Source: Selaginella moellendorffii
Taxonomy: Eukaryota > Plantae > Lycopodiophyta
DNA length: 64,000 nt
Direction of reading: 5' to 3'
Assembly: GCF_000143415.4 (NCBI RefSeq)
Contig: NW_003314275.1
Span: 1,245,955-1,309,954 of the forward strand
A program made the position numbers and the translations under genes. Under the pieces are notes generated by a model. That model searched no databases. It saw only the letters and a list, made by a program, of their open reading frames with translations, and was not told where the DNA came from. Within the stretch, counting starts at the first letter, position 1. The number at the start of each line of letters is the position of its first letter. Shown here piece by piece: positions 12,696 through 27,628 of this stretch.

Positions 12696-15040
12696 CAAAG
12701 GCTTTGCTCCCAGTTGGGAACTCAAGTAGAGTGCTGAAGTTCAGGATGTGCTGGAGGGTGGATCACAGCTGGTGAAACAAGTGGAGAGTCTGGGAGAGCT
12801 CCCACTGAAGTTGGCGACCTGCTTCCAGCTCCCACTGAAGGAGATGATCCACATCCAGCTCCCACTGAAGACGAGCCAAGGAAGAAATCAGGAGCAGCTT
12901 GAAATTCCTCATCTCAAGCTACGCCTCTGCTAGAAGCTCCTCCTGTGAGAACACCTAGCTACTCTGAAGAGCTGATGAACACTTACTTTGAGGGTGGGAG
13001 GAACCACCACGTTACCACCAGCAAGAAGCAACGGGACTTGAGAAGGAGCTGTAGTCACGTGAACTGTGTCCACCAACTGGAGTTCCACAAAAGTAGGAGC
13101 AGGAAAGTTAGCACGATCCTTGTACAGCCTGCTCTCATCAAAGAGCACATCCCGTCTTTCCAGCAAAGTCTTGTGCCAATATCCTTTCATGCCTTCCAAA
13201 TATCCCAGGAAAATGGATGGCTCAGCCTTTGACTCCAGCTTTCGGCGTTGCTTGTGTGCGTAGGCAAAACAGCCAAAAATGCAGAGATGATCTTAACCAG
13301 CTGTGTGACCAGTCCAAAGCTCATAAGGACTGATCTTCCCAGGTAGGGCAAGTGTCAGCAACCGGTTTCGAACATAAACAGCCGTGTTAACTGCCTCACC
13401 CCAGAAAGCAGCCGGCATTCCCACATGAAGCAGCTGATGGTGCGATTCACCCTCTCGGCAGCACCATTCTAGGCATGTGCATCAGGGACAGCAAACTGGC
13501 GCTGGATCCCAGCTTCAGCACGAAACGTCTCAAATTCTCCAGAGACGAATTCTCCTCCACGATCGCAGCGGAGCACACGAACTAAACAGCTGTGTAGATT
13601 TTCTACCAAAGCCTTGTATTGGCAGAAGCAGGAGAACACCTCTGACTTGTGAGCCAGCAGGTACACGATCAGGTACCGCGTGTAATGACTACGTAACGTT
13701 TGCCTCCCAAAGATTCAACCATAATCGAACAAACGTCCGAGTGTACCAACTCAAGAACAGAAGTTGCTCGAGAGTGATGTTTTCCACCAACACAAGCTTC
13801 GCAAAAGGGCAGCGCACTCCCAGGCGCCACAGGAACATGCTCGTTCACGTGACCAAGGCGCTGGTGCCAGGTTGCAAGTGTCGGTGGAGCCCGAGCCATC
13901 AGCGCCACAGACGTGAGCATCCAGGCGGTAGAGCGTATCAACTGGAACTCCAAAAGCGACTTTGTCTCCAGTCTCGGCATCTAGCACGAACGCTCCCTTT
14001 GCTGGGCCTTTGCTGTGAACAAAGTATCGAAGCCTCCTCGAGCAGCAGTTCGCAGCGTGTGTGTAAGTCCCAGAACATCAGACACAGGATAGATCTCCCG
14101 GATTTCTCCAGAAGAGAGCTGAACCCTGATTGTTCCTTTGCCTAGTACGTCGTGAGGAGAGGAGTCACCGAGTCCCACGGCATCACTCTCACACGGTTCT
14201 TGGTAGTAAAAAAAACAAGGAAGCCATGGTGGAATGACGCTCCAGAATCCAGCCACAGCTCTGGTCCGAGCACGGGCTGATGGCTGCTGCGAGCCATCAA
14301 GAGCTTACGAGGAGTCCCAGAGCCTTGTTTCCTTGGCAGCTTTAGCACGATCAGCTTTCTTCTTCTTGCAATCCCTCGCCATGTGTCCAGGTTTGTGGCA
14401 ATAGTGACAAATGCCACGAAAACCAGTGTCGTTCGGCTGAGCTTGAGAGGACGAGGATGATCCTCCCGCAGCGCCAGCATAAAGCAAGGAAGATTTGGCT
14501 GAGGGCATCGCTTCTTTCTTCCCCGTCATCTTGCGTTCCTCTTCAATTAGGGCACCCACGACTTGATCAAAGTTCGGAACGCAGCGTGACGGTTGCAAGC
14601 AGCGACGCCCTGGCGTGATCGTCCGTGACAGGAGACCCAGCACCAGTCAATTCAGCCATTAGCCCTCGAATCCGTCCCACGTACACAGATTTCACCCTGA
14701 AGCGCCAAAAATTGTTGATTCAGCCACATGGAAGAATTTGCGGCTTGGGCCACGAAGATCGTGCGAAGCGACGTCCAGATTTCAGCAGCGGTCTTGGTGA
14801 GATCAATCAGCGGCAAGAATTCATCGCTCAATCCCAAGCCAATGACGGTGATGGCTTGCTGATTGCGAAAAACCCAATCTGATTGTAGCGTCTGCTCAGC
14901 GGGACGAGGCTCAGTCCCATCAACGATGTTCCACGCTCGTTTCGCAGAGAGGATCAGCCTGATTCTTGTCGCCCATGTGAAGAAATTCGTGCCACTGAAT
15001 TTCTCCACCTTCTCTAGCTAGCGCGCATACTCGTGCATGG
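12696..15040 (-). mobile_element. Ty1/copia gag-protease-integrase fragment (frameshifted, no 5' LTR/PBS seen)
   Basis: EKFSGTNFFTW gag start, CHYCHKPGHMARDC knuckle, WLDSGAS protease, WHQRLGH/LELVHSDVC, LRCDRGGEF integrase, RDVLFDE. Confidence 0.9.
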
Positions 15041-16346
15041 CCTGGTCACGTCAATGAAGCTCCGCGGCAGAAGTTCTTGAGAGGCTTGGCAAGCTCCGCG
15101 GCGCGAGTGTTACCACCCTTGCTAGCGATTGGCTGATAAACCACACAGCGGCTGCGCGAAGGAGAGCTTTCTTGGATGCAAGCGCCGGGCATTGCTCCAG
15201 CAGCTGCTTCAGCTTGGCAGACGCGGCTGAGCAAGACCGTGTACGAGGAGCCATCGTGCTCCATTAGGCCGTCGGTGATGATCTCGCCAGTGCGATCGCC
15301 TGGCCGAAATACCTCAGCAAGATGTGGTTCATGTGGAGAAGAGAGATCGCGAGAGACTCATTATTATAGATTTAAAGATTGTTCTAGTATATTACTTTCA
15401 ATTACTTTTAAGTATCTAAAAGTCCAAATAAAATATACATTTTATTCTACTATAACAACATGATTTTATAGTTTAATACGACTATATAGAATTAACTGTA
15501 GTTTCATTCCTTTCAATATACATTTTTTGTCAAATATATTCTTGAGCTATATAATTTATTAATTTCCATAATTTTTCTTGGACCACTAATATTTTAAATA
15601 AATTGTTGTAATATGATAACACAAATATCATGACAAAAGTTGTACCAATTTGTTGTTGTATGCTCACTTTTAATACTACACTCAATACGAGTTTAATCTT
15701 ATGGCATTTTAATACATTAATAATATATCACTTGAAGCATTTGAGTAAATGTAAGATTGCTATTTGCAAACTAAATACTAGTTCTAAGAAATCTTGTGGT
15801 ATTGCAATTTTTAAAAATTCCACTACCATGTTTACAACCTTGATTATCAAATTGAGGTTAATGGCATCTCATATTCTCTCTCATGTGGAAGAAGACCAAC
15901 CATAATACAAAAAGTAAGAGAATTTACCTTATTATTAATTCTCAATACGATCAGAAAATAAAAAGAATATTATCTCGATCCAATCTAACTAAAGAGAATG
16001 AAAAAAATAAAAAAGAAACAATAAAAAGGAATACAAGCATAAAACACAATAAAAAAAACCTAAATCAAGATTAAATTATATACTAGCAATATCTATTAAA
16101 TAATGTTACTTAGTTGTTAAGTGTGGCACTTGGTGGCACTGGGTGTGACACAAAGTGCCACAGAGGGGGGCATAGCAAAGAGGTAACCATATAAGAGAGG
16201 GTGGTATTAGATTGTGCATTTGTCCCAGAAGCAGTTTGAACATAAATATATGAGTTTGGGATAACAAAGGTTGCATAACCTACATTTCTATATGGGTTTT
16301 TATATACATGTTTCTTTACTATCTTAGTTAGTGTATATAGCATGTT

Positions 16347-16372
16347 TATATATATATATATATATATATATA
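16347..16372. repeat. (TA)n microsatellite
   Basis: visible TA run. Confidence 0.85.
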
Positions 16373-19300
16373 TGTTATCTTAGGATACTCTAATGAACCT
16401 AAGAGAAGATCCTGGAGTGGAGAGGTAAAGCATATGAAAAATTTCCAAGTGTTACTTTTATATGGAATCAATGGCTGTGATTTTCTATAGAAATTTATAA
16501 TATTATCTTGAAGCATATGTTTTTCTTATAATTTTCTCTTAAAAATAAATAAAAACATAATAAGGCCAAACTTCAATATATTAGCTACACAAGAGAATAA
16601 CAAGATTATACTATGCCATTTTCAAGATTATTAATATCTATCATATTCTTTAAGATATAAAAAAACTTTATCTTAAAATATAGATAAAATAAAACCTTAT
16701 TAACTATAAAATTATTTTTCAATTTTAATACATTTTTATCACTTTGTATATGTCTCACTAATAAAGGCTTCAAAATTCACATTTGAAACTAATGTACAAT
16801 TGGTGTTTTAGTAAAAAACCACATATGATTTAATGGAATTATATATTCTATATGAAAACCTTTATATAACCATAGGATCTAAGATTAATTTGCAAAAAGA
16901 AAACTCACCTACACCTAAGTTTAGAACTTTTATATATACATTTTCATACTATGTTTAATTTTGGCTTTCTAGTATTACGTGTTGACATTATTTTTTGCTT
17001 ATCAAGCCTGTATCTTAGCCTACAGAACTTTATCTTGAGTAAAAAACAAGTGTATAAAGAACTTGTATAATGATAACATATGAACAATAAATTATTATAG
17101 ATCATTTTTCAAGTTCTTCTCTTTGGTTATTTACAAATGAATACAAATAAATATCAAACTCTTGAAATGCACTACAACATATACAATATACTTAAATTTG
17201 CATTTAATGATGGTCAAGAACTAAAAGAGATTAAGTCATAATTTTTTATGCTTGCCAAGCACTCAAGAACACTAGTATCATAAAATGTGAGGGATGATGT
17301 TGCTAAACACAATTTAGGCCACTAAGATAGACTATGAAATGCCACAAAGGAGGACATAAATAAAATCTTTAAAACTTAAAAGAACTCTTCACAATCATGA
17401 ATTTATGAAGCTTAATAGAAAGGGTCTTAAACTTTTCATAGACAACTCTAAAAATCATGAAACTAAACTCTCTAGAAAGCTACAATCTTGTAAAAAATGT
17501 AAACTTAAAAATCTTGTTAGAACACGCTTAAAAACCTTATAATATTGGCAAACACATACTTAGATGGAAAATTGTAAAGATCTTGCAGCTATCAACAGTT
17601 AAAATTATGTACTTAGTCTCACTAAAAAACTCTTGCCAAGATTTATCCATCCATATAAAGAAAGATCTTCTTTTGCAAATTTATGCAAAACTTCTAAATA
17701 AAAGAGTGCAAGAGAAAAATGCTGTGAACTTTTCAATTTCAGGCCAAATCACACAACAATTTTTAAAAAAACTTGTGAGTAAATTTATCCAGAGAAATAA
17801 AAAAAAATCAAAATAGTTGAAAATTTAGTTTATGCCAAGCTCTTAAAGTGATTGTTGCATGCATAGTAGAAGAAAAACACATTTGTATGCAACATTTTAG
17901 AAACAAAAATATAAAATTCTTGATGCTAAAATATAAACTGTACAAACCCATTTAGCTCTAGTGCATAAATCAATCAACAACCAAGTCACAAAGAGGAGAA
18001 AATGATTGTTCTTGGCCAAGGAATGAGAAAACTTACGAATTTATAAATAGTGTGAGGAATGGCATAGTTGTGTGAACCCTTTAATATCCTAGAAACCTTT
18101 TTACTACTTGTTATATCATTAGAATATAAAGATCTACATAAATTCCCTTAAGAATCAAGAAAACAAAAAGTTATTGGGATTGGCTAAAAATAAATCTTTC
18201 CTAAATATTGAAGCAAGACTAACTTTGGGTAATATTCTTTAAAAATCAAGTAAACTCTATTGAAACCCTAACAATGAGATCCTCTAAAATCTTGCTCAAC
18301 CATACTAAATGTGTCTCATGCACTACATTCTCAAGATATTAACAAAAGATCAGTAAAATGCAATATAAATGAAACTATAAACCACTTCTATAAAGGTAAT
18401 ATAATGTTTTTAATAATATGATACATCTTCAAAAAGAAGAAAAAAGATTTTATATTGCTAGCAGTAGCACCCATTACCATTATAGTGGATAGTCCATATT
18501 TGCACATGGGCACAAATTTTTTAACTTTTAAAAAATATCTTTAGTTACACTAGATTTCTCTTTGGAGAAAAAAAGCACTTGATGGGCAACAATGTCCTCT
18601 CATATCCATTTTGATCTGCATTTTATACTTATGGCATAGCTCTCCATTTTATCTTTTAGAAACTTGCCCAAAGCTAATTCAACATCTAATTTCAAAAATT
18701 AGATTCTTAACAACTTTAGTTTGTAATATTTAATAGAAAACTTAGGATCATTAAGATTATTACTAAGAAAGAGCACATACTCTAAAAGTACATTTTTATT
18801 TATAATTAAATAATTTCAAGCACCTTAGAAGGGTTCATATATATTGAAAAGAAATAGTTAGTAATAGTAATTATTTTTCTGGTGCGATTGATAACTTAGG
18901 AGTTCAGTTTTCTATGCGGCTTTTAGACCATACAGATTAACGAATCATAATCATACTTATCTTTTTCATATTTGTGGTAGTACTTTTAATTATGGTGCTT
19001 TATGAATAAGATTGAATCTCGCAGATATTTCTCAGATCTTTGTTTATTTTGAATTCTTATAAGAAAACCTAAAGGGTTTAGGGTTAAGCCCTTAGTTTTT
19101 TATTAGGTGCCTTAAAGAAACTTTGACTTTCTAAAGTCCACGATCGATTAAACAGAGTGAGTGCTGTTTTGGCTAGGGCGAATCGACCATTTTCCCCTTG
19201 GAAGCTTATCACACCTGAGCGCCATCGATCGATCAATCCACTGTCACTCCAAGCATTGGTGAGTTCGTCCTGGATCATCGTTTTCCTCGCCCTTGGAGGC

Positions 19301-19656
19301 CCCTTTCCTCTTTTTCTCGCTTCCTCGTCGATCTAATGCTCGCCCAACCGAGAAGAGGGAGCCGTGCGTGCGTGTGTGCGTGTGACTGCCGTGACTGACC
19401 TTGGCAAACACGACGAAGGCAGCGACGACGACGAGGGTGAACAGCCAAGAAAACTCTTCTTTTCCACGGCGACAAGCGCGCTGCGTCGTTGACCCCTCCA
19501 TCTTTCTCGCTCTGATCGCTCGCTGACCTTCCAATCCCATCTTTCCCTCTTCTCTCCCGTGTTCTTGAGCTCGTGCTTGCAATCTTGGTAGAAATCCCCT
19601 GCTCTTCCCAAATTTCTTTCTAGTCTCTAGAGTTCTTCTTGCCAGATCTTCTAGCC

Positions 19657-20863
<1,207 letters not shown>

Positions 20864-22706
20864 CGCGAGAGAAGAAGTGGTGGAATCTTTGCGTTTTCTT
20901 CTTCCGCGCTTCGTCCATCCGTTTTGCAGCGCTGATCTATACGTTTTGGAGGGATTTGGGGGCGAGAAAACAAAAAAGAAAGGATGGATGGAGTGTGAGA
21001 CGAGAGGCCCGATGAGATTCGTGATGATCGGATCGGCGCGAGAGGAGACAAGCGCAGCAAAAAAGAAAGCAAAAGATTCTCTCCACCTTGAAACGGGTCA
21101 ACGGGAGGATTCGGCGGTGGCGGTGATGGTGGGCAGCGGATATTCGCTTCTTTTATTTGGTGTTTGACCGGTGGTGTGGTGCGGAATCTCGCCATCACGA
21201 ACACAAGAAAACAAGGCAAAGGCAGGGCTTTTGGAGAATAGAAAAAATGGGAAAAGCAAAGTGGACAGTGAGGAAATAGCTGGCGTGATGGATGGCTACA
21301 CAATACTCATGAAAGGGGTAGAAAATTCGCAGATGGGACGTACACTGGCACAAGTTTGACTTCTCGGCTGTCCCTGCGACGAGGAACAGTGGTGGCACAC
21401 CCGCACTCACCAAACAGAAAACAAAGGAAAACTTTGGTGGTCAACCGTTTAATTTGATCTTCTTTGTTTAATAGCAGCATTCTGACAAGATTTTGTGGAT
21501 GGTCCATAAACATCTATTCTGTTGGTATAGGGCTAAAAGAAATTAACAGTGGGTGTTACTGTTAGGAGCATATAGTGATAATACTTGAACTGACTTTGGT
21601 TCTCAAATTTATACAGGGAAATGCACATAATCTATATTATTATTAATCATGACTTATTGATTAGCTTTCCATCCCAAATCTCACCCCAAATCCTGTGCTA
21701 TTCACTCCCTAATAATTTATAAAGTGTTAAAAAACTAGAATTAATTTAAAACACGTGAATTTCTTCTTATTGCCAATTCTCATAAAAACAGTTAATAAAT
21801 TACAATTTTCTCTCCAAAATAGATCAAAATAATAAAGCTTCTTAATTAATATAAAATGATTAGAACTTCATGAAACACACTTAAAGAAACTATATATTTT
21901 ACTTAAGGAGATGTCTTAATATAAAGTGAACCATCTGTCAGATAGTACATATAGACATTTTCAGTTATAAAAAAGTTATTTATGATTTATATTAAATAAA
22001 TAATAAATATCTAATAGCATAAAGTAGAATTTATAAAATTTATATTTTAAATACTTACTGTTAATGCCTTTCAATATTGCATTTAATAGTTTTACATATT
22101 GGTAAAAGAAAAGTTCATTTATTAAAATTCTATTTATTTAAAGAAAATTGATACAACATTGATTTAGACTATAAAATGAGTATGTTCAATTCATATTAAA
22201 ATACAGCTTTAAATTAACTAAGACTTTATAATAGTAAACATGACTAACCATATAGAAAATGTTTATTATCTTCTAAGTTCTTCAACTAATAAATTATTTT
22301 ACTAATTTGTATAATCAAACATTCAATATATATCAGTATTGAATGAAAAAAAGTAAAATGATAAAAAGACATCTAAAAAGTTAACTTTAAACCTGATTAT
22401 TATAATGCTGAAAATGAAACATATATTTTATTTAACACACACACACACACTTATAAATATTCTCCTTAAATTTTTAAAATTATAAATATTTGTTTAACAA
22501 AATATTAGTTTAATTGAAAGCTTGCATACTTGAGAAAATTTAGTGCTCTCAATATATTTTCTAGAATAGTTACTACTTATAATTGTATAAGAGAATATAA
22601 AATTTTAAGGTGCTTTTGGCATATAATTTATTATAATATATTTAGATGAATAATTTGTTCAATTAGAAAAAATTACCAATTAAGAAAATATATTAATTTA
22701 TAGAAA

Positions 22707-25700
22707 TATGAATGTATGGAATTATAGAAATGGAATACAGGTATGTGCATATTATTTAGCCCAAAACCCTAGCTTATAGGAGACCTATAAGCTACCTTAT
22801 AGGAGCGAATGGTCTGGATTAAAACTAATCTAATGCCTATCAAAATCCCACCATACTAATATTAGTATATGGCATTGTAATTGTATATTTAGACTTCACA
22901 TCATCTTTTTGTCTCGAAATGATGGAAAATAGTCAAGATTCTCTAGTGGATGGGCTGGGATCTGGAAAAACATCAAGAAGAGGTATCAGTGGATCTGTAG
23001 GTGGTATTAATTTTTTTAATCTCTTTATACGAAGCATTTCAACTAGTATATATATACAATTTCTAGAGGATTGGTTTATTAGACATTATGCTAAACTTCA
23101 TAAACTTGTGGTCCAACTTGTCATAACACTCGATATAGTCCTTTCCACTAAGCAAAAAGCCCTTTAGATAAACTATATACATTAAGATTGGGAAAAAAGA
23201 GTAACATCAAGTCATCCACTTTATACTTCGCAGATGGACAATGATGGGAGTTGTAGTATTGTTGTTATCCCACTTATAAACATCCTAGGTGTTTAACAAA
23301 CTTTACTCAGAGTAGTGGAAAAATATTCATCAAATATTAATCCCAAAACCTAGCATCGGCAACTTATGGCAATTGCAAAGGTAAGCTCAACTCTATTAGT
23401 AGTATCGGATTATGACTATATAGGAGTTTATATGGTGAAACATTAATAAAATTCTATACCTTTGTGATATATATGCATATTGAAAAGATGGCAAATAACT
23501 ATTCTAATTTGAATGCTGAAAGTTCATATATTTTGTAATTATCCCTTTGAAGGTTCACAAACAAGTCATTCCACCAAACCATCTAACTGTGGATGATAAA
23601 CACTTGTAAAAGTGTGGTGTATTTCCAATTGAGACATTAAAATATGAAATGCCTCAACTATACATATGGGACTATTATCTGAAAGAATTCACTCTAGATA
23701 GGAATGTTGAAATAATATTTGATTGAGGAAAAAGTATCCAACATCAATTGCAAACACACTAGCAAAAGCACCCAATGAGTCAAGTAATTCAAAGTAATAA
23801 TGACATATTCATTGCTAATAATTCACTATAGTAAAGGCATTATCAAATCAAATGCCACCAACTCAAATGAACGGGAAATTGCAATAAACTCTAACCGTCC
23901 TTCCATAATACAAGAGGGAGTATTAAAAGCTTAGCACCAAATGCAATTCCGTATATATTGGATAACATTATGCTACTTCTTTAACCAATAAAAAAACTTG
24001 CACAACTTCTTAGTTACATGATAATATCCTATATGTTTGCCTAAAATAAAAGAATCATAGTAGGTATGGAGAAAGCATGGAATAAAAATTGAAAGCACCA
24101 CTAGCCATAAATGATCATCCGAATTTGTCCCCATAAAATAAAGAAAATTGTTTTCAATATAATATTAATGTAAATACCAAAATGGTAAGTCATCAACAAG
24201 TGATATAAAATTCTCAAACCCATTGCAAAGTCTTCAAATCCACAGCTCAACTTTTTGAGCCTCATGAACCTCATCAAGAGCAAATAAATTTTGCTCCGCA
24301 CTTTATGGACACTAAACTTTAAGTACAGCAATTGTCAACGACACAAAATCCTCATCCAAAAAATCCATAAATACTAAAATAACATATTTTTTAGAAATAT
24401 GAGAAGAGAGCGATGAAAGAAGAGGAGCTCAAAAAAGGGTGTCAGCATTAAATATAGAACTCCTCAAACGATGAACAACATCGAAATCATATATTTGAAG
24501 CTTTAAAACCCACTGAATAATACAATTAAATAAATTCGTCCACTTCAATAATGAAGTCACTATAACATGATCACCTTTTAGTAATATCTGAGAGCCATGT
24601 AGATATGCATGAAATTTCTTGAAACCCCAAACTGCTACTAAATATTTCTTCGCTATTGTAGAGTAGTTCACCTTTGCTAATTGTAATGTACAATTGATAT
24701 ATGCAATAAAATGGTGCTAACCAAACATACCTAAACTCTCTTGCATCAACACACCTCCAAAATTAATATTAAAAGCAACCACACCCAAAATAAAAGGTTA
24801 AGTGTTGTTAATATATAGAGGAGTCATTAATAACACTTTAAGATTCATAAACACTTACTCATAGTCCATAGACCAAATGAAATATCTTTAATAATGCTTA
24901 CAATGGTGCAGTATGATTAGAAAAATGATCACTGAAATAACCAAAATATTATAGATTATTCACACACTTTGAAGTATAGAACTTGAGAACAACCACAAAT
25001 TTGTTAAGATCAATTTGCAAACCTTTACAAGAAATACAATACCCAAAATAAGTAATGTCCTTAAACCCAAATATGCACTTTGATTGCTTCAATTTTAAAC
25101 TGATTTTTCACAGCCAATTCAACACCTTACAAACATTATGTATATATTCCTCCCATGTCCCCTCCAAGTGGATCAAGACATCATTAATAAAGTCAATAGT
25201 CATTTCCAGGATATTGTAAAGAATCTCATATATCATTCACTGGAAAGTTGTTAAAGCATTATTCAAACTAAATGGTATTACCAAGAACTTATACAAACTA
25301 AATAATGTATGAAAAATAGTTTTGGGAATTATTGGCACTTGCCAGTAACCAAAAGCAAAATCTAGCTTAGTGAACTAATGACTTCTCCCTAAATAATCTA
25401 AAAGATAAGTAGTGTGAGAAATAGAGTACTCATTCGAGATTGCCACTTTTACAATGAACAATAATTGATACAGATTTAAATACTTCTATCAAGCTTCATC
25501 ACAAGATAAAGTTCACATGCCCAAGGACTCTGCAACTTTTAAGTAACACACTTTTACTAACATCTCTTTGATATTTGTACATAAAATCTTGATCTTTTTT
25601 TATGACTAATGACAAACAAGAACCTTAATTAGACAAGCATCATCAATTAGAATAACATGACATATTAAAAACCCCAGATGATAAGTCAATTTTAAAGAGA

Positions 25701-27002
25701 CTAACATACTCCTTCATGAGCTGATCAACTACTATAACACAAACATCGTCAAAGGGATCTGAAAAGGGAATAAAGGAATAAGACAGAATAATAGGAAAAA
25801 CTAATGGGGAGACAAAATTGATGAAAGCAAAAGTAAAAACAAAAGGACAAAGAGGAATGGAAAAATTATAAAGAAGTATGTGCTAAAAGGGAAAAACTTC
25901 AAAGTCACATTTGGTATGATTGCACCATAATCAATCCATACCAAAGATGAGGTCAAAAGTTTGACTCAGCACCACTTGCAACAATTGTAACTCAAGCTTG
26001 AAATCATCCACACACACAACTAAGTCTGCCTTATCTTATATATATGTCTGTTGCTATAAAGAATGAAAATTAGTTTTGCTGCACGACATAAATATAGACG
26101 GCAACATGTAGCAATAAACAAGAAATAGAAGATAAACTTAAGTTTATATCAACCAACATATAAAGAATAATAAAAAACCTTTTATAAAAATGAGCTTGGA
26201 AAGTAAACACTAAATAGGAAACAAACACTAAATTGCATCATTAACTCAAATGGCCTTTGACAAAAATGATATAATTTTTGGAAAACATCATTATAATCGT
26301 CAATATGTCCAAATGCACATTTAAAGACATTTAAGAGAACACTTTAATCTACATAAGTGGCTGCACTCAAACCATTATACCAATGTAGTGCTGCCCTTTA
26401 GAGACATGTGAGAAACTCATGTAAACACCAACCATCTTCCCAAGAATGATATATGCTAATCATTGTAAAGTGATTAAATCAATAATATACATCATCCCCA
26501 TGATTCCCATGGAAAAATTTCGGCTGAATGCAAGGATTGATAATAAGAGCAAGAGTTATACCATGTGTTGTGAATGCCATCATTAATTGAGTCTAATTGT
26601 TCAACTACAACTACATAGCATTGAGCAACTGCACTAATTGTTGCTGTAAAGTCAGAGGAGGAGACTATTGCTTTGCCATGAAAATGAACAAAAAAGAGAA
26701 AGCAAAAGAGGAGAAATTGAAAACATTTTAAAGGGAGATTTAAATGATGTAAAAGTTGTATCTAAACCAAAATCCTAAATCTAAATACTCCTTAAGGGCA
26801 ATTAAAACTACTTTTCATCTCTACTGATGTGAATGTATGGAATATGAAAATGAAATATAAAAATGTGCATATCAATTAGCCCAAAAACCTTAACTTATAT
26901 ATAAGAGTGAATGGTCCGGATTAAAACCAATTAGATACCTATCAAAATTCTATTACACTATTATTAGTAAATGGTATCATAGTTGTACATATGGACCTCA
27001 TA
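22707..27002 (-). mobile_element. Decayed Ty3/gypsy LTR retrotransposon with short LTRs
   Basis: Direct repeats 22707-22900 and 26828-27002; GAAA on both flanks; RNaseH remnant NYSTIAKKYLVAVWGFKKFHAYLHG at 24429-24671; purine tract next to the left LTR on minus strand. Confidence 0.8.
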
Positions 27003-27464
27003 GAAATAAATTAATAAATGAAATGTTTTCTATTATAAAGAAACTTTTAAGCAAGTGTTCTAGTCACATGTAATAGATGCTTAATAATAATAAGAAAATG
27101 ACAGTGCTTAACAATACTAGGGAGTCAACCACAATTTTTAATGTCAATAAGCTATTTGATATCTTTCATATTAAATGCCTAGCCAACCTTAGATTGCATG
27201 CTATGTAAGATTAAAGTCATGAGGCAGTTATCATTTTCTCAAGAAAACCTAAACATTCTATAAAAGAATTAATATTTAAAAAATATTAAATAAGAGATAT
27301 TTATTATAAACTATCATGCTACAGAGATTTCAAATTATTACATGGTTTTAGATTTGCTTATAGCCTTGAAAATCCAGATCTTATATATGGAAGTATATAA
27401 TTCTAGTAAGTCTTAAAGATTAACACAAAAGTAAATAGAATCAAAAATAAGTTTTGAACCCTTA

Positions 27465-27495
<31 letters not shown>

Positions 27496-27628
27496 CACAT
27501 CAGTCTTTTCAATTTTCATGTTATGCCTACTAATACACCATAAGCATATAGCTCCATTCCTCACTTAACTTTGAAAGCAATTAAATCTCTTGGCCTTATG
27601 TTTCTTTGAAGGTACCACAAGACTAAAA

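Noticed and set aside
21631-21650. Third Helitron-like start A|TCTATATTATTAT
   Set aside because: Low-complexity AT context and no hairpin-CTRR end found
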